This document shows, piece by piece, positions 58,962 to 64,000 of a DNA stretch of 64,000 nucleotides. This DNA comes from a virus. A model generated the notes under the pieces. The model was not told where the DNA came from and did no database searches. It was given only the letters and a program-made list of their open reading frames with translations. Position 1 is the stretch's first letter. Each line of letters begins with the position of its first letter. Both the position numbers and the translations under genes were made by a program. Location: IMG/VR virus record IMGVR_UViG_3300042301_002170. One strand, given 5' to 3'.

Positions 58962-60533
58962 ATGGCATTCAATTACGAAAAGAAGTATTTTTACGAAAGA
59001 AACGATTGGATTTACTCTCCAGAAATAAATCTTAAATACGAAGATGTATTGAAGATGCCTTTTCCAGAGTTTGGTAAATGGGTTGATTTCTTTCGTAAGA
59101 CTGCCATTGAGCAGTGGAACAGAACGGATGCACCACCGAGAATTGGTATGGACGAAGCTGAAATTATTGAAAACTTTTCTAAACTACAAACATACAAAGT
59201 TAATGAGTTTAGTAAGGTAGACAAAGATGGTGATGAAGTTATTTTTAACTTTAACAAATTTGCCACTTGTGTAAATCAATTCTTTCCTGCAATGTACAAA
59301 ACAGGTATTGGTGGTTCTGCGTATGATAATCCAAAACCATCTATCTATGATATTTTTGTAGAAGATGAGTATTTACCAAACTTCATCAAACAGATGAATC
59401 GTCTAACTCGTCAAGATGGTATGTATCGTTTTTCTAAAACTTTACACTTAAACCATCCTGATTTTCATAACTCACATATCCAAACTGGTAAAGAATGGAT
59501 TGAGAAATGGGCAGAGGGTGATACTCAAAAAGGATTTGGGTTTTGTTTATCTCAGGCAGATAGTAAAGTTCCATCTCCACCAATTACCGCACAAGAAGTA
59601 AGAGATTTGTATAACGCGGGTATATTGAAGTATGAGAATATTTCATCACTTAAAACTGCGGATTGGGGTGAGAATATTGATAATCTAATTGATATTCCAA
59701 AACAACCTATACAGATTAAAACATATCCTTTTGGTCAAACTATCTTTCCAGAAGCAACTGCGGCATTCCGTATTGGTATGGGAACACAGGCAGTAGTTAA
59801 TTTTCCACCATTAACTGCAAAGTATCTTTATCAAAGATTTACAGAGCACATTAAGGAACAAAAGAAGATTAACATTTATGACCCATCAGCAGGTTGGGGT
59901 GGTAGAATTTTAGGAGCATTATCGGTAGATGATAGAAACATTCACTACATAGGTAATGACCCTAATACTGAAAACCAAATACCGGAAATTGGTAAGACAA
60001 GATATGAGTATTTAGCAGAATTCTTTAACAATAAGATTCCAGGTGCAAGTAATCCTTTTTGGGGACACCAAAACACTTACGAAATCTTTACAACTGGTTC
60101 TGAAATTATTCATTTAGATTCTAACTTTCAAAAGTATAAAGGAGAATTAGATTTTGTATTTACATCTCCACCATACTTTGATAGAGAAAGATATTCAAAC
60201 GATGAAACTCAATCATTTAAGAAGTTCAGTAACTACGATAGTTGGAGAGATGGATTTTTAAGACCTACTTTAACAACTGCATTTGAATATCTTCGTAATG
60301 ATAGATACATCCTTTGGAACATTGCGGATATTAAAATGGGTAAGGATAAGTTTTTCCCATTAGAGCAAGATTCAATTGATATTCTTACGGAGTTGGGTTG
60401 TGAGTACAAAGGTAAGATTAAGATGACAATGAGTCCTATGACCGGTGTTGATTTGAGTGGAGTGAAAAATAGTATGAAAATAGGTGATATGGTTTACAAA
60501 TACGAACCAATCTTCATTTTCTACAAACCTTAA
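58962..60533 (+). CDS. Second SAM-dependent DNA amino-methyltransferase
   Basis: VNFPPLTAK, motif I IYDPSAGWGGRIL, YIGNDPN, motif IV FTSPPYFDRERY, WNIAD, YEPIFIFYKP. Confidence 0.8.
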   Translation: MAFNYEKKYFYERNDWIYSPEINLKYEDVLKMPFPEFGKWVDFFRKTAIEQWNRTDAPPRIGMDEAEIIENFSKLQTYKVNEFSKVDKDGDEVIFNFNKFATCVNQFFPAMYKTGIGGSAYDNPKPSIYDIFVEDEYLPNFIKQMNRLTRQDGMYRFSKTLHLNHPDFHNSHIQTGKEWIEKWAEGDTQKGFGFCLSQADSKVPSPPITAQEVRDLYNAGILKYENISSLKTADWGENIDNLIDIPKQPIQIKTYPFGQTIFPEATAAFRIGMGTQAVVNFPPLTAKYLYQRFTEHIKEQKKINIYDPSAGWGGRILGALSVDDRNIHYIGNDPNTENQIPEIGKTRYEYLAEFFNNKIPGASNPFWGHQNTYEIFTTGSEIIHLDSNFQKYKGELDFVFTSPPYFDRERYSNDETQSFKKFSNYDSWRDGFLRPTLTTAFEYLRNDRYILWNIADIKMGKDKFFPLEQDSIDILTELGCEYKGKIKMTMSPMTGVDLSGVKNSMKIGDMVYKYEPIFIFYKP

Positions 60534-60542
60534 AATTAAAGT

Positions 60543-63101
60543 ATGTATCAAAATATTTATTACGAAAGACAAAAGAATTTAATTCACTTATGGGATGATA
60601 CCAATGGGTATCAGACATTTCCATACAGAAAGTATGCATATGTTAAAGACCAACATGGTGAACATCGTTCTATGTATGGTGATAAATTACGGAAGATTTC
60701 TAAATGGGAAAAAGATGAATCACCTGATTTATTTGAATCCGATGTACCAGAAACAACCAGAGTATTAGTTGATATATATGATTCTGATATTCCATCAAAA
60801 GGAAACAGAACAATGACCTTTGATATTGAGGTTGAAATGATTAGTGGTTTGCCAAATACCTTTGATGCAAAAAACGAAATCACTGCAATTGCTTCGCACG
60901 ATAGTGTAACCAAATTGTATGATGTGTTTGTGTTGGATAAGGCAAGAAAGGTAAAAAACACTGCTCAACAATTCAATAAAGATGGTCGTAGTGTGAGTGT
61001 ACACATCTTTGATAATGAGAAGAATTTGCTATTAGCATTTTTAACTTATTATCAAGGTGTGAATCCTACTATTCTAACAGGTTGGAATATTGACTTCTTT
61101 GATATTCCTTATTTATACAATCGTATTAAGAGAGTATGTGGTGAAGGACATGCAAAGAGATTATCACCCATTTCAGAAACATTCTATTCTCCTTACAGAC
61201 AAAGATGGAGTTTTGGTGGTGTATCCATTTTAGATTACATCAACCTCTACAAAAACTACAACTATGGTTTAGAAAGTTCATATACATTAGACCACATAGC
61301 AAAGAAAGAGTTGGGCAGAGGTAAGATTGAATATGAAGGAAGTTTGGATGATTTATTCGAAAACGATTTAGAAAAGTTTATTGAATATAACATTGTCGAT
61401 GTAGACTTGGTAGTATCAATGGATGAGAAACTTCAATTCATTGAGTTATGTAGAGCAATCTGCCACGCGGGATTTGTTCCGTATGAAGATTATATGTTCT
61501 CATCAAAGTATTTGGAAGGCGCGTGTTTAGCGTATCTGAAAAAGAAAGGTTTAGTAGCACCAAATAAACCAAAGGATAGGAAAGAGAAGATGCAGGCACT
61601 TCGTGATAATAACGAAGAGAAGTTTATCGGAGCTTATGTAAAAGAACCCATTGTTGGTAAGTATGATTGGATTTATGACTTGGACTTAACATCCCTATAT
61701 CCATCAATCATTATGACCCTAAATATTTCACCCGAAACAAAGATTGGTAAGATTTCTAATTGGGAACCTGAAGAATGGGTAAGAGGTATAAATAAGAATT
61801 ATACAATTGTTGGAAAAGATGATACTTATGAATATAGTAGTTCAGAACTCCAAGATGTTATAAAAGATAGCAACTTAGGAGTTGCAGCAAACGGAGTTTT
61901 GTACAATCAGGACAAACCTGGACTTATTGCTGATATTCTGGATACTTGGTTTAAACAACGAGTTGAATTCAGAAAATTAGAAAAACAATATGGTGAAGCG
62001 GGTGATACGGAAAAATATGAGTTTTATGCGAAACGCCAGCTTGTCCAAAAGATTCTTCTTAACTCTATGTATGGTGTTCTTGGTCTTCCTGCCTTTCGGT
62101 TTTACGATATTGATAATGCAGAGGCAGTTACGATTACGGGGCAAACTGTTATTAAGAAAACGGCAGAGATGGCAAACATCAAATATTGGAAAGAGTTAGG
62201 TACAAAAGAAGATTACAATGTCTACATAGATACCGATTCAATCTATATGATGGCAGAACCTTTGGTTAAACATCGTTATCCAGATTACAAAACATTTGAT
62301 GAACAAAGAATGGCAGATGAAGTTAATACTATTGCAGAAGAAACCCAAACATTCTTAAACAACTTTTACGATTTATTATCAGAAAGATTCTTCGGAATAC
62401 CAAAAGATAAACATAGATTTGAAATCAAAAAAGAATACATCTCCAAAGCAGGATTTTGGGTAGCAAAGAAACGTTACGCACAATGGATGGTATTGAAAAA
62501 TGGTATCAAATGTGATAAGTTGGACGTAAAAGGTTTAGATGTAGTTCGTTCATCATTCCCCAAAGCATTTCAAGGATTCATGTCAACAATGTTAAAAGAC
62601 ATTTTGATGGGTAAAGATAATGATTATATAGATAAAACCCTAATTGAATTTAAGAATAGTTTACCAACACTTCCTGTTAAAACTATTGCAAAGGGTGGGG
62701 CAATTAAAGAGTTGAGTAAGTATGATGATGGTAAGTGGAGAAAAGATAGTGGGTTACAGATTGCAGTGTTTGAGAAAGGAACACCTGCACACGTTAAAGC
62801 AGGAATTGCATACAACCGATTATTGAAATTCTTCAATTCACCGTTTAAGCATGAACCAATTAGAGATGGTGATAAAGTTAAGTGGGTGTATTTAAGACAA
62901 AATCCATTAGGATTGGATACGGTTGCTTTTAAAGATTACAATGACCCTAAAGAAATTATGGATTTCATTGAACAGTACATAGATAGAGACATGATTTATA
63001 AAGCAGAGTTAGAAAACAAATTAGATGATTTTTACAACGCACTAAAATGGAACAAAGCATCTAACGAAGTTCAAACTGCAAAAAAATTCTTTGATTTCTA
63101 A
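60543..63101 (+). CDS. gp43: Family B DNA polymerase (gp43-like)
   Basis: ExoI FDIEV, GWNIDFFDIPY, YNIVDV, DLTSLYPS, KILLNSMYG, YIDTDS, KKRY. Confidence 0.95.
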   Translation: MYQNIYYERQKNLIHLWDDTNGYQTFPYRKYAYVKDQHGEHRSMYGDKLRKISKWEKDESPDLFESDVPETTRVLVDIYDSDIPSKGNRTMTFDIEVEMISGLPNTFDAKNEITAIASHDSVTKLYDVFVLDKARKVKNTAQQFNKDGRSVSVHIFDNEKNLLLAFLTYYQGVNPTILTGWNIDFFDIPYLYNRIKRVCGEGHAKRLSPISETFYSPYRQRWSFGGVSILDYINLYKNYNYGLESSYTLDHIAKKELGRGKIEYEGSLDDLFENDLEKFIEYNIVDVDLVVSMDEKLQFIELCRAICHAGFVPYEDYMFSSKYLEGACLAYLKKKGLVAPNKPKDRKEKMQALRDNNEEKFIGAYVKEPIVGKYDWIYDLDLTSLYPSIIMTLNISPETKIGKISNWEPEEWVRGINKNYTIVGKDDTYEYSSSELQDVIKDSNLGVAANGVLYNQDKPGLIADILDTWFKQRVEFRKLEKQYGEAGDTEKYEFYAKRQLVQKILLNSMYGVLGLPAFRFYDIDNAEAVTITGQTVIKKTAEMANIKYWKELGTKEDYNVYIDTDSIYMMAEPLVKHRYPDYKTFDEQRMADEVNTIAEETQTFLNNFYDLLSERFFGIPKDKHRFEIKKEYISKAGFWVAKKRYAQWMVLKNGIKCDKLDVKGLDVVRSSFPKAFQGFMSTMLKDILMGKDNDYIDKTLIEFKNSLPTLPVKTIAKGGAIKELSKYDDGKWRKDSGLQIAVFEKGTPAHVKAGIAYNRLLKFFNSPFKHEPIRDGDKVKWVYLRQNPLGLDTVAFKDYNDPKEIMDFIEQYIDRDMIYKAELENKLDDFYNALKWNKASNEVQTAKKFFDF

Positions 63102-63120
63102 AATATTTTTCGTATATTTG
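63090..63120 (+). promoter_or_regulatory. Bacteroidota-type promoter
   Basis: TTTG-N19-TATATTTG. Confidence 0.8.
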
Positions 63121-63142
63121 TAAACAATTAAATAAAAATAAA

Positions 63143-63475
63143 ATGGCAGAACAATTAGATTTATTTCCACAAGAGGAATTACAACAACAAGACGCGGGTA
63201 GTGTTCAATCACCTGAATTAACCCCAATAGCAGATGCAGAGTGGTGTTTTCAATTTTTTAACAACGAACCAATAACATTTGCATGGTCAAATGAGGGAGA
63301 AGAAGCTGCACCATTGGTTTTACAAATTCAACCACAAGAAGGTGAAGGGTTAAATTTTCAACAAAACGGAATGACTTTTAGAATTTTCCCAAGACCAATT
63401 ACAGAAGAAACTAAACAAGCAAGAAAAGAACAAAATGAAAGTAAAAATCAAACTACTGAACAATCAGGCAACTAA
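63143..63475 (+). CDS. Hypothetical acidic protein
   Basis: ORF downstream of the promoter, overlapping the dUTPase start. Confidence 0.55.
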   Translation: MAEQLDLFPQEELQQQDAGSVQSPELTPIADAEWCFQFFNNEPITFAWSNEGEEAAPLVLQIQPQEGEGLNFQQNGMTFRIFPRPITEETKQARKEQNESKNQTTEQSGN

Positions 63476-63860
63476 ACCAAAGTACGCAAAAGAAAGTGAT
63501 GCAGGATTAGATTTGGTGGCAACATCAATTATATCAAACACAACATTTCAGGTAACATATGGTTTGGGTATTGCAATGGAAATACCAGAAGGTATGGTTG
63601 GTTTAGTATTTCCCCGTTCTTCAATAAGAAACACAGAATTGATACTAAGTAATTCAGTTGGTGTAATTGATGCAGGTTATAGGGGTGAATTACAAGCAAC
63701 ATTTATCAAATTAAATGGTTTAGATTCAGTTGCATATAATGTTGGTGATAGAGTTTGTCAAATCATTATAGTTCCTCATCCTGTAGTACAATTACAGGTA
63801 GTAGATGAGTTAAGTGAAAGTGCAAGAGGTATAGGTGGGTTTGGTTCAACAGGTAAATAA
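63435..63860 (+). CDS. dut: Trimeric dUTPase
   Basis: DAGLDL, PRSS, GVIDAGYRGEL, RGIGGFGSTG. Confidence 0.95.
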   Translation: MKVKIKLLNNQATKPKYAKESDAGLDLVATSIISNTTFQVTYGLGIAMEIPEGMVGLVFPRSSIRNTELILSNSVGVIDAGYRGELQATFIKLNGLDSVAYNVGDRVCQIIIVPHPVVQLQVVDELSESARGIGGFGSTGK

Positions 63861-63866
63861 AAAAAG

Positions 63867-64000
63867 ATGAGTTTTTTCGCAAACGAAAATAGTAAAAGAG
63901 AGCATAGTTTATGGGTGGAGAAATACCGCCCACAAACTCTTGCCGAATATGTTGGTAATGAAACCGTAAAGGAAACGATTCAACAATATTTGGATAATAA
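63867..64000 (+). CDS. gp44: Clamp loader ATPase subunit (RFC/gp44-like), 3'-truncated
   Basis: Not in the ORF track. Reads MSFFANENSKREHSLWVEKYRPQTLAEYVGNE; WVEKYRP is the RFC/gp44 signature. Confidence 0.85.
   Translation, partial: MSFFANENSKREHSLWVEKYRPQTLAEYVGNETVKETIQQYLDN

Noticed and set aside
3570-63227. The many short minus-strand and alternative-frame ORFs in the track
   Set aside because: They lie inside well-supported + strand genes, have no motifs or promoters, and look like shadow ORFs.
1-64000. Stop-codon reassignment
   Set aside because: Conserved genes are full length in the standard code, and TAA, TAG and TGA all end genes at expected positions.
1-64000. tRNA, rRNA, introns, or inteins in PolB, helicase, RecA or NrdA
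   Set aside because: Intergenic gaps are short with no cloverleaf signatures, and these enzymes have normal lengths with uninterrupted motifs.
1-64000. Eukaryotic giant virus origin, suggested by the PCNA/RFC-like genes and the MTase family
   Set aside because: The gp23-type capsid, contractile sheath and tube, gp32, and bacterial promoters and terminators identify a tailed bacteriophage.

Overview
The window is a 64 kb piece of a large T4-like (contractile-tailed) dsDNA phage genome, and every gene I accept lies on the + strand. 1-39.98 kb is the virion module: scaffold, gp23-like major capsid, neck/head-closure/tail-terminator genes, about 22 kb of Ser/Thr-rich fibre and lectin-like adhesin genes (three with S74 chaperones, one with a Hint domain, plus an embedded glycosyltransferase), then sheath, tube, tail chaperone, tape measure and baseplate genes. 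40-64 kb is the replication and nucleotide module: compact PolA, SSB, UvsX, 5'-3' exonuclease, GroES, helicase, NrdB/NrdA, PhoH, thioredoxin, a fold-II PLP enzyme, a nuclease-ParB fusion, two amino-methyltransferases, sliding clamp, PolB, dUTPase and the start of a clamp loader. Eight TTTG-N19/20-TAnnTTTG-type promoters and the lack of obvious Shine-Dalgarno sites point to a Bacteroidota host. Structural genes instead carry TATTTATA, the reverse complement of the T4 late promoter. The most interesting signals are a candidate +1/-2 frameshift on a T7 run in the tail-chaperone gene, a possible DNA-modification cluster, a Hint-domain virion adhesin next to a glycosyltransferase, a leaderless uORF/hairpin leader, and apparent GATC avoidance. 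All assignments come from motif reading and synteny; no searches were run.
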